The translations under genes were made by a program, and so were the position numbers. Below are positions 12,830 through 26,439 of a DNA stretch of 64,000 nt, in pieces (position 1 is the first letter of the stretch; each line of letters begins with the position of its first letter). Source of the stretch: Octopus vulgaris (Eukaryota); contig OX597820.1 in the NCBI GenBank assembly GCA_951406725.2, positions 72,230,001-72,294,000 of the forward strand. Direction: 5' to 3'. Under the pieces are notes generated by a model, which was not told the DNA's origin, ran no database searches, and was given only the letters and a program-made list of their open reading frames with translations.

Positions 12830-13150
12830 CACACATATATATATTATATATACATACACATAGATAAATACATTATATGTATATATATATATATATATAT
12901 ACTGTACATACATAAATATATATACATACATATATAAATACATATACATACATAAATGCATAAACACACAAATACATATATATATATATACACACATGCA
13001 AATACATATATAAATGCATATACATATATGTAAAATCTACATACACACATACATGCAAAATTCATACACACATGCATTCATATATATATATATATTCATA
13101 CACACACATATATGTATGTATGATTCACAGGTATATATATGTATATTTAG
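12625..13150. repeat. Compound TA/CA/GATA microsatellite
   Basis: Directly visible. Confidence 0.93.
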
Positions 13151-13361
13151 CATGTGAGTTTATAAGGCAAAAATGCAAACACTAAAAATATATTGTGTTA
13201 GTGAACATTATGGCTGGTCATATCCATTATCAGTTCACTGAATACACCATCTCAGTAGATTTGATTAGAGCAGACTTAAACCTGTAGAAAATCGCATGGG
13301 GAACATTATCTCAAAGAAGAAAATTTTTATTGCAAGTTCTTTCTTATCATACATACATACA

Positions 13362-13403
<42 letters not shown>

Positions 13404-14079
13404 AGTTTTTGTCTTTTCCTGTTACGTGCAAATCTTTAATGTAGTTAATACAGTTTTTTTTTATTGTTTCTTTTTAATATCTCTATTTTGTAAACGGTTG
13501 CTAATCAATAGGTGTAATAAAATCTCTATTGTATAGGTAATTTTGCAATTTTGCTCGAACAAGTTTCGTAGTCGATGAATACAAACAGCATATTTTTATA
13601 AGATGGAGATCAAACAGGGGCAATAAGTAAATATACCATGTATTGATTTTTTTCAAAGGGACATGAGAAAATGTAGTCTGCAGTGCAGATAAATTTAGCT
13701 GCAGAAGCACCTTTCTTCTTCGGTGATTATTTAAAATTCTACACTCAGTCTACTTACTGTTTTCTATGAAAACAACTCATAAATTCTCATTAAATTACTA
13801 ATACTCCAAGTCAAGAGGGATATTATATTCCACTTTCCAAATTTCTTGAAAGAATATTGTATTAATTCTTGTTGGAAAATTATAATGCTGTTAGGTTCCA
13901 ACAGAGAAAGACTGAAAAGAAACTATATATCTTGGGGGAGAAACAAGTGGAAAACTTGTCAGGAAGATAATTGAAATAATGAGAATTTAAGGAAATATAC
14001 CAATTTTTATTGGATAGTAAATGGGACATGCTATCCCAAAAGACAACTTATGATAAATGAGAGAATTTGGCAATATTTT

Positions 14080-14466
14080 AATCAATTTGGAATTATATTT
14101 GAAGAATATATATAAGAAAAGAATTTTTTGGACAGGTTTTCTTATGGTCATCATCAATAAAATCTATTTGATGCTATTTATAAACCTCAAGTTCTTAGAA
14201 TTTTGCAAAACTTCTATCAATTGAATTATATTTGAAGATTGTGTTAGAAAAAAACATTTTTGTACAAGTTTTCTTATGGTCATCAGCAGTAAAGTCTATT
14301 TTATGCTTTATATATGCTTAAATTCTTAGAATTTTTCAAAATTTCAATCAATTTTGAATTATATTCAAAGATTATATGTTAGAAAAAAATAAGATAACTT
14401 TTTTAAACAAGTTGTGTTACGGTCATGATCAGAAAGTCCATTTGATATAAGTACATAAATTCTTTA
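14080..14466. repeat. Three diverged ~135-bp tandem units
   Basis: Recurring tcaatt..gaattatatt..aaga...caagtt..tta.ggtcat...ctatttgat...aattcttag near 14082, 14217 and 14348. Confidence 0.75.
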
Positions 14467-15579
14467 GACACCACTACTAGTGAAACCAGAACAATTCCTC
14501 TAAACTAGTGTATAGAATAATGAGCAATTGTTGAAAAATAACATTGAGGTAGACAGCAGTGTCCAAATGCTTATAGACATATATTTAACAATGAAATACT
14601 TTAGTTAATATGAAAAGAAATAGGGCTGATAGGAAAGATATGTTAAGAAATGTTTCAACTGATGCTAATGTCTCCAACAAATAATCTAAATATGATGGAA
14701 GCTATATTGTTAATGATGAGAGAGAATAATATTGCAATGGGTGTTGATGATTCAAGCACAACTAACAAGAGATAACTGCATTAATTTGTAATTTTCTTTC
14801 ATTTGTTTCTTTGAATAACAAAATTGTGGCATTTATGAGAGAGTAAATAAGGCCATTAAGACAATTTCCTTTTCCTGTGACAATCTTCTCTATGCTTTTG
14901 TTAATACCATGAGCTCTATTGTTAATCTGAGTTAGCACTTCACTCATTTTCAGGCCATTTCTACAAGATAGCTTCTACATGTTCACTTAACTTGCTAAAA
15001 ATAAGAGCAAAATTTCTCTTAAATCACACTCTACTACTTTAATAATGATCACATCTGACTATATAGATACAGTGGACAAAAAATAAATAATAATAAAAGC
15101 AATGGGCTTAAATGGAAAGCTTTAAATCATGAGGCTGCTTGTTCAGAACCAATTTGAGACTAACCAATAAAAACAGTCATGACAGCTGTTTCGATAGCAA
15201 AAAAAAAAAAGGACATCTATAAGACTTGATAACTAATGTACAAAATAGTATGGTTTATATAATTTGAGTTTAGCTCAGTTTCTCTGGATGGAAAGAGGAT
15301 TTAAAAGATTCACTAAAGATCTCAACCTCTTCTATAGATTAACAAAAAGAGCCTTGCACCAAACTATTTAAAATCAATATTCTAATAGATATGGCTAATA
15401 GGCATAGATATAGCTGTGTGATGAACAGGCTTGCTTTGCAACCCCGTGGTTTTAGGTTCAGTCTCACTGCATAGCACCTTGGGAAAGGGACTTCTATTAT
15501 AGCCCTGGGCCAACCACTACCTTCTGAGTGGACTTGAAAGATGGAGGGTGTGAGAAAGTTCATCGTGTGTGAGTGCATA

Positions 15580-15633
<54 letters not shown>

Positions 15634-15994
15634 CCAGAGTAAGCACATAAATGTGAAACGAGGTTGGAGAAAATAGTACTTGAATACCGGAGGTAGAGTA
15701 CTATGCTTTATTATTAAAGCTACAAAAATTTGCTACTCAAAGTTTCCCATTCTTTGGGCAGTTTTGATTGATTCTCAATCAAAATTGTCCGACAAACAGG
15801 AACATAAATCTCTGAGTAGCAGTTTTTTGTGATATCTTTGCAACTTTAATTGTAAAGTGTGTGTATATATATATATATATATATATTGGCCTGGTACAGC
15901 CTTCGGGCTTGCGAGACCCCAGTTGAACCGTCCAACCCATGCCAGCATGAAAAGCGGACGTAAACGATGATGATGATGATGATATATTCTCTTT

Positions 15995-16336
15995 CTCTCT
16001 CTCTTTTACTTGTTTCAGTCATTTGACTGTGGCCATGCTGGAGCACCGCCTTTAGTCGCACAAATCGACCCCAGGACTTATTCTATCGGTCTCTTTTGCC
16101 AGACCGCTAAGTTACGAGAATGTAAACACACCAGCATCAGTTGTCAAGCGATATTGGGGGGACAAACACACATATATACGACGGGCTTCTTTCAGTTTCC
16201 GTCTACCAAATCCACTCACAAGGCTTTGGTCGGTCCAAGGCTATAGTAGAAGACACTTGCCCAAGATGCCATGCAGTGGGAATGAACCCAGAACCATGTG
16301 GTTCGTAAGCAAGCTACTTACCACACAGCCACTCCT
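15995..16336 (-). mobile_element. tRNA-derived SINE (abundant family)
   Basis: Reverse complement of the 21148-21550 family. Confidence 0.85.
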
Positions 16337-19300
16337 ATATATATATACCTTTCCAAAACTGACCCCCACCCGCTGTACTTGTACCATGTAAGAAGCACTC
16401 AGTCTACTCTGCTGGGTGGTGTTAGAAAGGACATCCAATTGTGAAAACCCTGCCAAAAGAGACACAGAAGTCTGGTGCAGTCATCTGTCTGGCCAGCTCC
16501 TATCAACCATCCTGCCCATTCCAACATGGAAGGTGGACATTAAACAATGATGATGATATATAAATTGTTCAACTAAACTCTTCAAGGGGCAGCCACAGTA
16601 CTCACTTTGCAACCATGCTTCAGGGTCATGCATGGCACCTGAGGCAAGTGTCTTCTAGAATACCCCAGGGCTGACCAATACCTTGTGAGTGGATTTGGTT
16701 GATAGAAAGTGTGTGGAAATCCATTGTGTGTGCGTGCGCATGCACACACACACACATATATATATATACATATATACACACACACATGTATATATCATTA
16801 TTCTCATTTAACATTTTCTTTCCTTACTGGACTGGCATGGGTCGAATAGTTTCATGGGAGTTGGCAAGTCAGAAAACTGTGCCAAGTTCTGCTGTTTTGG
16901 CATGGTTTCTACAGCTGAATGCCCTTCCTAACATTAACCACTTTACAGAGTGTACTAGGTACCTTTTGTGTGGTACCAGCACCAGTGTGGTCACTAAGTA
17001 ACACCTGCAAGACAAGACACTCTACCTCCCCTAAGGTGGGTTTAGTATTGAGGGAGGTGGATTTGTGCCAGGTGATGAGATTAGAGCATGAACAGAGGGA
17101 CAAAAATAAGTGTCCTACAGTAGAGAAGGTATATGCCTACACGCACTCACATATAGATAGACAGACAGACAGAGATATGTGTGTGTCCCACTTCATTTGA
17201 CAATCAGTGTTGGTATGTTTCAGTGGTTTGGCAATATAGAAACCGATATACCAAGTATCAGACGTAGATAAATTGACCTGACTACTTTTTCTTTTTAACT
17301 AAAAATCCCTTTCAAGGCAGTGCCCCAGCGACTGAAACAAGCAAAAGATATATTGTGAGGAATACCTTAATAAACTGATAAAATTCTCTGCAAATAGTTC
17401 ACAAAAGTCTGTGAAACATATTGCCACAGACTATGAACTAGATTCTCTCTTGGCAAGTTAGAGAATAGTTTGGTTGTTACATTATCCCCATTTCTTCTCC
17501 ATGACAAATCACAGGCTTTCATGTAAATGCTAGCAGCAATTATTTAGCTAGCATTAGTTTTTTGGAGGGGTGTTATATAAAGACAAGATTAATGCTGGTT
17601 GTCAGTTACTTTTGTAGGGTGCCACTTAAAATGTTCCAATTTATCATGTTTTCATATAATTACTTTATCTGCCACCGCATTCTAAGACTAAGGACAACTG
17701 TTAACATGTGCAACTGTTCCATTTAGACTAAATAGGCAAGAATTTATTTGGAAAAATAAATAAATCAATCGTGAAGAATAATGACTGAAGAACACTTTCC
17801 ACCAAAGGAAAAAAAGACAGTCAAGTTAGTGTTAAGAGACTTAAGGTGGCCATCATCCATGTTCTATGCTGGTATCAGTTAGGTGGTTTAACAGGGTTTG
17901 ATGGACCCAGAGACAGCATCATATTCCAGTGTTTGTTTTAACATGGTTTCCGTGACTGGATGTTCTTCCAAATGCCAACTACTTTACAGCATAGACAGAG
18001 TGACTTTGCTTTTGTGTGACACCAGCCCTATTGAGGTTACTATACAGCATGCATAACTACACACTATAAGGGGACAGCTTTACACTTGGAGATCAGGGGG
18101 GTAAAATTATAGGAGAAAGGACTAGAACAGAATTACTTTCTTGCCGAAGAGGAACCACATGACAGTGACCATAAAAAAATATATTAAATTAGTAAACCTT
18201 AAATGATGAGGAAAAGATATTAACTCTGTAAAGTGTTTGGTTTTAGGAAAGGCAACTTAGCCATGGAAACCATGCCATATCAGACTGGAGTCTGGGGCAT
18301 CTCTCCAGCTCTGGTCAGACTGTCCAATCAAATGCCAGCATGGACAACGGATGTTCAAAGATGATGATGTCTGAATCCAGATATAATAGACTATCAAATC
18401 GGTTTCAATATATGCGGTTCCAACACTCTACACTTTCTTTATAAGTCATAATGTTCAAATGTGACTTTCAAAACCTGCCAACGATTTGCAAAGAAACCCA
18501 GATGTTGCTAGTGTGAGGATTATGAATCAGTGCAGGTGGTATATTTGTAGCTGCTTTTCTCCATTGCTTTACACCCCAAAGCTTGTGAATATTGGTTGAA
18601 AAATTCCAAAAGCATCACAATAAAAACAAAAAGAAATTAATTTTCTGTTTTTCCTTTTCTTTTTTTTTTTCTTTTAAAGTGAAAGAAAAACAAAAAAAAT
18701 TTAAGAATACATCTATTGTGGTAGTTGGAGTGGGAGGGAGGGGAGATGAAGATTGGCTAAAAAGGTAAAACCCACCCCCACTGCAATGATTGTGACTTTT
18801 TTTTTAAAGAGGGGTGGTGGTTCGTTTTACATTGTCTCTGATTTCTTTTTCACAGCACACAACCACAAGGAACAGCCGGATGTTGTAGAAAAACCATTTC
18901 ACTTCAGTTCAGTGAAACATTATTATTATTATTATTGTTTGCCATGGAACTATGTACAGATGTCAATATGACTTGAAGAGTGGGGGATGAAAAGTCTGCA
19001 GGAGGAGGGGAAGTGGAACTCTCTAGTGACAATGAAAGGAAAAAGGGGGTGGGTTGCAATTTGCAGAGATAAACAGCAAATTGATAGTAGAAAAAAAAAA
19101 GGGTCTTCTTTGGAGTGGATTTCATTCTCTTGTACCATTTTGACACAACAATCTCCATTCTGTTTACTCAAAGGTTTTGTGAGCTGTGCTAAAACACATA
19201 CACAAGTCTGGTGCAGTCATCTACCTGGCCAGCCAGCCAACCCATGCCAGCATGGAAGGCAGATGTTAAACAATGATGATGATTTTATATATATATATAC

Positions 19301-19798
19301 ATATATAGGTGAAGGAGTGGCTCTATGGTAAGTAGCTTGCTAACAAATCACATGGTTCAGTCCCACTGCGTGGCACCTTGGGCAAGTGTCTTCTTCTATA
19401 GCCTCGGGTCGACCAAAGCCTTGTGAGTGGATTTGGTAGACGGAAACTGAAAGAAGCCCATCGTATATATATGTGTGTGTGTGTGTGTATATGTTTGTGT
19501 GTCTGTGTTTGTCCTCTCCCAACATCGCTTGACAACTGATGCTGGTGTGTTTACGTCCCTGTAACTTAGCAGACTATATACTATGCTGGATACATTTGAT
19601 GTTCGTCTGGCATGTGGATTTTTTTGTTCATTTTTATGTGTCTTGATTAAGCCTGCACTGACGATTAGAAAGTATATTTTGTGCACTAATTATGAAATCA
19701 TATGATTTGCAGCTGAATCTGTTTTTAAGAGCTCGCTTCAAGAGTTGCATTCCCTCGCATTTGGTACACTATATTTATTATGGTAGTTTTGACTTTAA

Positions 19799-20867
19799 CC
19801 CTTTCGTTACTATATTTCTGACCAAAATACACCCCTTATGTGCTTCAATTAATTTCTAACATAATCATAAATTTAGTCTGGTTTCATTAAACAACTATAA
19901 CTTTTTTATTTATCAATATATTAACGTGAATTTTGGAAGATAATTTAATGAAATGTTCTCAACCAATTCTATACTATAATTTTTGTCACAAAGTGACTCT
20001 AATTGCAGGTAGATACAGGTAAATTCAACAAAATATAAAATTATTAAAATTTTGTTCAAACATCGCTATAGAAAATGGGTTATTAGCTAATATTCAATTG
20101 GGTATACAACAAAATTTTACGATAGAATTTGTTATTCTGGGTAACTTTCTGATACCCATAATAATATTTATGGCAAAATAGTCTTAATTTCATTTAAGGT
20201 TGTGGGAAACCACTAACTATCCTTTCTTTCGCTTTGTTTACATTTAGCGTAATGGTTCGTTTCCGCCGTAATGATTTCAAATAGGCTCATTCGAAAAAGT
20301 AAAAAGAAATAGTCTAAGGCTTTACTCTCCTGGGAAAGTCTGTGGCTTGGTCCAGTTTCTTCAGAAAAATCACCGAAAGAAACAGTTTTTAAATTTTCAC
20401 TCCATTCAGGTGCCAATTCATTTTCTTTATCGCTGTCGGAGCTCTCGGATTCACTGTTTTCACTTTCGGAAAATGAAACATCAGATTCATTATCAAATAC
20501 CACGCGCTTTTTTTTTTTCAGTCATAGAGTTAGATTTATCAAGGTCTTTTCAGTAGAAAATCCTTTGAATTCCGACTCGCTGCTTGATATAATGAAATTC
20601 GTATCCATTTTTTGTCAGAATTACAAATTTTGAAAACACAATAGGAACAAATTTTGGAAAAAAATCTCCCAAAATTCACGGAATTAAAATTACACTTCAA
20701 TTGTTGTACAAAACTGTAGATGAACTGTTTACGAAGTATAATCACGTGTTTTCACAAATGTACTAAAGAGATTTGCTGATATTCTCATTTAAATATGAAT
20801 AGGTAAATACGGGCGGGTTTGGTCACATTAACCAAAATTTTTTTCAGGCGGTTTGGTAACGAAAGGG
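19799..20867 (-). mobile_element. Internally deleted piggyBac-family transposon
   Basis: TTAA duplications (19795-98, 20868-71), TIR CCCTTTCGTTAC; ORF 20213-20503 has an acidic N-terminus followed by LDYFFLLF...EII.AETNHYA, a PGBD transposase N-terminal motif. Confidence 0.92.
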
Positions 20868-21147
20868 TTAAGAGTTCCTCATAGCGTGAGGCATTTATGT
20901 ATAGTAATGCCTTTAATATATATATATATTTAAAGGGAATAATTATGAATTTTTCCCTTATGAGGTTTTTCACGCTAACTACTTGATAAATTCTTATAAA
21001 GATTTTATCCTATTTTAAAATTTTATATATATATATATATATAGTTTTTAGGTTTGAGTAACTTTTAGATATGCCTGGGAAACTACCTCAGCTAGTCTAA
21101 GTCAAATAAAACTAGAGAAATGTAAGATGTGTGTCTGTGTGGTAAGA

Positions 21148-21550
21148 GGCGTAGGAGTGGCTGTGTGGTAAGTAGCTTGCTTACCAGCCACATGGTTCTG
21201 GGTTCATTCCCACTGCATGGCACCTTGGGCAAGTGTCTTCTGCTATAGCCTCAGGCCAACCAAAGCCTTGTGAGTGGATTTGGTTGACGGAAACTGAAAG
21301 AAGCCCATTGTATATATGTATATGTATGTATGCGTAAATATTTGTGTATCTGTATTTGTCTCCCCAACATCACTTGACAACCGATGGTAGTGTGTTTACG
21401 TCCCCTTAACTTAGCGGTTCAGCAAAAGAGACCGATAGAATAAGTACTAAGCTTCCAAAGAATAAGTCCTGGGGTCGATTTGCTCAACTAAAGGTGGTGC
21501 TCCAGCATGGCCGCAGTCAAATGACTGAAACAAGTAAGAGAATAAAGAGT
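21148..21550 (+). mobile_element. Near full-length tRNA-derived SINE; further copies at ~9563, 19308, 22915, 23950, 29908, 31110, 55400
   Basis: Pol III A-box-like (tggctgtgtggtaag) and B-box-like (ggttcattccc) head, central TA/TG tract, conserved tail ..gactgaaacaagtaa.agag. Confidence 0.9.
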
Positions 21551-22154
21551 ATACATGTACACATATGAATATGTACGCTCACGCATATATATATATATAT
21601 ATATGCACACATAAATACGCATATAAATATAGACACACATATATGTTATGCATAGATATATACAAGTTTGTATAAATCTTAAGATTTCAAATGATCATCG
21701 TTTCCACCTGCTGTTTCCGTGCAGGCATGAATTGAACAGGTTTGTCATAAAACAGCATCATTCCAGTCTCTAGTCACCACATCCATTATTTACCAATATG
21801 GTACTGCATCAGTATCTCTGTCTGTATTCTAACCAAAACAGTAAATGTCTGCTTGGTATTTTCCAGTCAGTTTCTACAGATAACAGGTTTTAATTTTTTT
21901 CTTATTCTGATAGACATAACTATTTAATTCTGCTAACCCACTGTGTACAACTTTTGATACAGATTTTTTTTCTTTTTAAACAACCATATAATTGGTAATA
22001 TTTCACTATAAAAGAAAAATACAAATGCTAAGCATGGCTATGCAGTTAAGAAGCTCAATTTGCAACGACGCAGTTTTGAGTTCAGTCCCACATCACAGCA
22101 CCTTGGCGAGAATTTTCTAATATAACCCTGGGTTGACCAAAGCCTTGAGTGTTT

Positions 22155-22473
22155 TTAGTAGATGGAAGTTATGCAGAAACCTGTAATATGTATGTGTGTT
22201 CGTATCTGTCTCTGCTCCCAATTCCATGCTTGACAACTGGTGTTGGTTTGCGTCCCCAAAAGGAACCCATAGAATAAGATTTAAAACATAAATTTTGGAG
22301 TTGATCTGTTCGTGAATTTAGTAGATGGAAGTTATGCAGAAACCTGTAATATGTGTGTGTGTTTGGATCTGTCTCTGCTCCCCATTCCCTGCTTCACAAC
22401 TGGTGTTGGTTTGCGTCCCCAAAAGGAACCCATAGAATAAGATTTAAAACACAAATTTTGGAGTTGATCAGTT
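22155..22473 (+). repeat. ~162-bp tandem duplication inside a SINE body
   Basis: tagtagatggaagttatgcagaaacc...ggagttgatc.gttc occurs twice with few differences. Confidence 0.9.
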
Positions 22474-23072
22474 CAACTCAAACCCCTCAAGGCTGATTTA
22501 AAAAAACAAAACAAATAAACATGCAGTCCTTGTTTCAAGGCAGATGAGCTTCCTGTTAAGTTCTAGCAATGTTTGGAACTCATTTACAAAAAGTTCATTA
22601 CTTAAAATTAATTGCAATATTTTTATTGAATATTTTAAAAAGAAATTTTGCATGAAAGGAATAAAAACAGTCTTAGGCTGGTTTGATTTTAAAAGAGTCC
22701 GCAAAGAACTGAATATTACAAAACATTTTCATAATGAAGTTTATGTCCCAATCTCATGGCGTTCAGTTTCCAGGGTTAATAAAATAAGTAGCAATTCAGC
22801 TCTGGGGTATAAAGGGTTCGGGAATTTATCTAAATTATAGAATCTAGAGTCAATATTAGAAACAGTATACAAGACAATGAGCTGGCAGAATTGTTAGCAT
22901 GTTGGGCAATCCAGGCGCAGGAGTGACTGTGTGGTAAGAAGCTTGCTTCCCAGCCACATGGTTCCAGGTTCAGTCCTACTGCATGGCACCTTGAGTGTCT
23001 TCTACTATAGCCTTGGGCTGACCAAAGCCTTGTAAGTGGATTTGATAGAAGGAAACTGAAAGAAGCCCATCG

Positions 23073-23104
<32 letters not shown>

Positions 23105-23620
23105 CATTTGTGTTTACATCCCTGTAGCTTAGCAGTTTAGTAATAGAGACTGATAATTACTAGGCTTACAAAGAATAAGTCCTGGGGTCAATTTGTTCAA
23201 CTAAAGGCAGTGCTACAGCATGGCAACAGTCAAATGACTGAAGCAAGCTAAAAAAGAAACTGCTAAATATCATTTTGTCCATCTCTATGGTCTGAGTTCA
23301 AATCCCACAGAGATCAACTTTGCTTTCCATCCTTTTGGAGTAGAAGTAATCGATTTTACTTCACCCCTGAAATTGCTGGCCTAGTGCCAAAATTTGAAAC
23401 CAGTTATTAGAAATGGTATAATCGTTATTTGAAACTTATTCTCAGTTATATATTTAGTAATACAATCTCAGTAATTACTTAATCCTTTCTATACTACACT
23501 GCCTATAGTCTCATAATCCAAAACTGCCTACTTTAAGTATTGATGCTTAAATAAGAACCTTCTAGTGGGATTTTTTGTGAGAATTTTAAATTATCTCTCA
23601 ATTGCAATTAAGACCTTGAT

Positions 23621-23696
<76 letters not shown>

Positions 23697-24280
23697 CGTA
23701 AGAATCATCAACATTCAACATCTACTTTTACATGCCTGCATGGGTCAGATGTATGTGTAGTAGCAGACTGAAGCTCACCTTGCAACCTATAAGGTTCTAT
23801 GTACAGTCCCACTGTGTGGGACCTTGAGCAAATGTCTTCTGCTGTAGCCTCAGGCTAACCAAAGCCTTGTAAGTGGATATGGTAGACAGAAACTGAAAGA
23901 AGCCTCTGTGTGTGTGTATATATATGTATAAATGGAGAGAGAGAGAGAGAGGTGCAGGTATGGCTGTGGTAAGAAGCTTGCTTTCCAACGACATGGTTCC
24001 AGGTTCAGTCCCACTGCGTGGCACCTTGAGCAAAAGTCTTCTACTATAACCTTGGGACGACCAAAGCCTTGAGTGGATTTAGTAGACAGAAACTGAAAAG
24101 AAGACCATCGTGTGTGTGTGTGTCTGTCTGTCTGTCTCTCTCTCTCTATATATATATATAAAGTTAATCCAAACATGAAAACACAACGACGCGAGGACGT
24201 GGAACAAGTATACACACACACACACAGAGGCCCAAAAGTAGGTTTGCAGTTATTCATCTCTTTTGCATTCATATATTAAT

Positions 24281-24677
24281 ACTCTTTTACTTGTTTCAGT
24301 CATCTGACTGCGGCCATGCTGGAGCACCACCTTTAATCGAGCAACACGACCCCAGGACTTATTCTTTTGTAAGCCCAGTACTTATTCTATCAGTCTCTTT
24401 TGCCGAACCGCTAAGTAATGGGGGACATAAACACACCAGCATCGGTTGTCAAGCAATGTTGGGGGGACAAACACAGACACACAAACACGCATATATATAT
24501 ATATACATATTTACGACGGGCTTCTTTCAGTTTCCGTCTACCAAATCCACTCACAAGGCTTTGGTCGGCCCGAGGCTAAAGTAGAAGACACTTGCCCAAG
24601 GTGCCACGCAGTGGGACTGAACCTGGAACCATGTGGTTGGTAAACAAGCTACTTACCACACAGCCACTCCTGCGCCT
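24281..24677 (-). mobile_element. Near full-length tRNA-derived SINE
   Basis: Reverse complement of 21148-21550. Confidence 0.9.
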
Positions 24678-25257
24678 ATAAGTTTAGATTTTAATTATAA
24701 AAAAAACATGAAACCATTATTCTATGCTAATTTAGTTAATTGTAAGAAATTTAAATGTAATAAAATGTTTTAGAAGAAATTTAGTGCCTACATGTTAACT
24801 GTAAGCCTACTTCTGGGCCACCCTCTATATGTATGTGTGTGTTTGTACCCACCAACATCACTTAACAAACTAATGTTGGTGTTTACATCCCCATAACTCA
24901 GTGGTTTGGCAAAAAGAGACTGATAGAATAAGTACTAAGCTTACAAAAAATAAGTTCTGGGATCGAAATGTTCGACTAAAAGTGGTGCTCCAGCATGGCC
25001 AGTCAAATGACTGAAACAAGAATATATATATATATATATATAAGGGTGGGTGAGGATGTACATATCTTTGCTTGTCCCCACCACCATCACTATACAAATG
25101 GTGATTTTCTTACGTCCCCCCATAATTTATCAGTTTGGCCAAACTGATTATTAAAATATAAAAAAAAAAAAACAAAATAAGAATTTGGTGGATCAATTCA
25201 ACTAAAAAGTCTTCAAAGTGCTCCAGCATGACCACAGTCCAATGAGTGAAACAAAAG

Positions 25258-25308
<51 letters not shown>

Positions 25309-25683
25309 TATGTATACCACATAAGTTTATTTTTCATTCAATTTACATCCATTTTGCCACATTAGCATCAGCTGAGACAAATATAGTATTGAGGTGGCAT
25401 TGTTTTACAACTTGATATCATGGAACAAACTACCTGCGTCAGTTGTTAGTTGCTGAGACACTGCATCCTTTAAAACCTCCATGCTTCCTGAAATTTGCCA
25501 ACACTACACCTGATATCCCCCTCACCCGCCTTCATACGCATGCACACATGTATATTGTGATTCATAAACTGTTCCCTTTCCTGACTTTTGTACATAATTC
25601 TATGTACTATACTTGTAGCACACCTGAGCACTATACACAATATTTTCATTATTATTATTATTTCTAAGGTGGCAAGCTGGCAG

Positions 25684-25847
25684 TTAGTTAGTTAGTTAGT
25701 TAGTTAATTTGGCTCAAAAGCAAATAGTAAGGCTATGTAGGGGGACATGGAGTTAAGTACAGGGTGGTGTTCATGTAAAGAGTTCAGGCCACTTGAGGTC
25801 AAGGGAGGCTTTGAACAAAGCGGTCGTCGGCATCTTCACCATCTCGT
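25684..25847 (-). mobile_element. 5'-truncated CR1-type LINE end with (TAAC)n tail, inserted in a SINE
   Basis: EMVKMPTTALFKASLDLKWPELFT*; 7-bp TSD CTGGCAG at 25677-83 and 25848-54. Confidence 0.8.
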
Positions 25848-26217
25848 CTGGCAGCTTGTTAGCATGCCAGGTGTTGAGTTCAAATTCCGCTGAGGTCTGG
25901 CAGAATCGTTAGCATGCCAGGTGTTGAGTTCAAATTCCGCTGAGGTCGACTCTGCCTGCCATCCTTTCGGGGTCGATAAATTAAGTACCAGTTGCATACT
26001 GGGGATCAATCTAATCGACTTGCCCCCTCCCCCAAAATTTTGGGCCTTGTGCCTAGAGTAGAAAAGATTATTATTGCTATTATTCCTAAGGTGGCAAGCC
26101 GACAGAATCGTTAGCATGCTGGGCAAAATGCTTAGTATTTCATCTGGCACTACATTCTGAGTTCAAATTCCACCGAGGTTGACTTTGCCATTCATCCTTT
26201 CTGGGTCAATAAATTAA

Positions 26218-26439
26218 CCCTTTCGTTACTGTATTTATTTTGAGATGCTCTGTGTTTCTTTCAATTACTTTAAATTATAACAAAGAATTCAGTAAAATAA
26301 CTTAGTTATCATTCAGATAGTGTTAGGAACATAAATTGTGACTAAGGTTTAGTGGAAGATTTCAGTTCAAAACTTGTGAAAACAAGACATTTGTACTACA
26401 AAGCCAGAGCCGGTTTCAGCTGGATTGGTAACGAAAGGG
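26218..26439. mobile_element. piggyBac-type MITE
   Basis: TTAA|CCCTTTCGTTAC ... GTAACGAAAGGG|TTAA; same TIR as 19799-20867. Confidence 0.92.
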
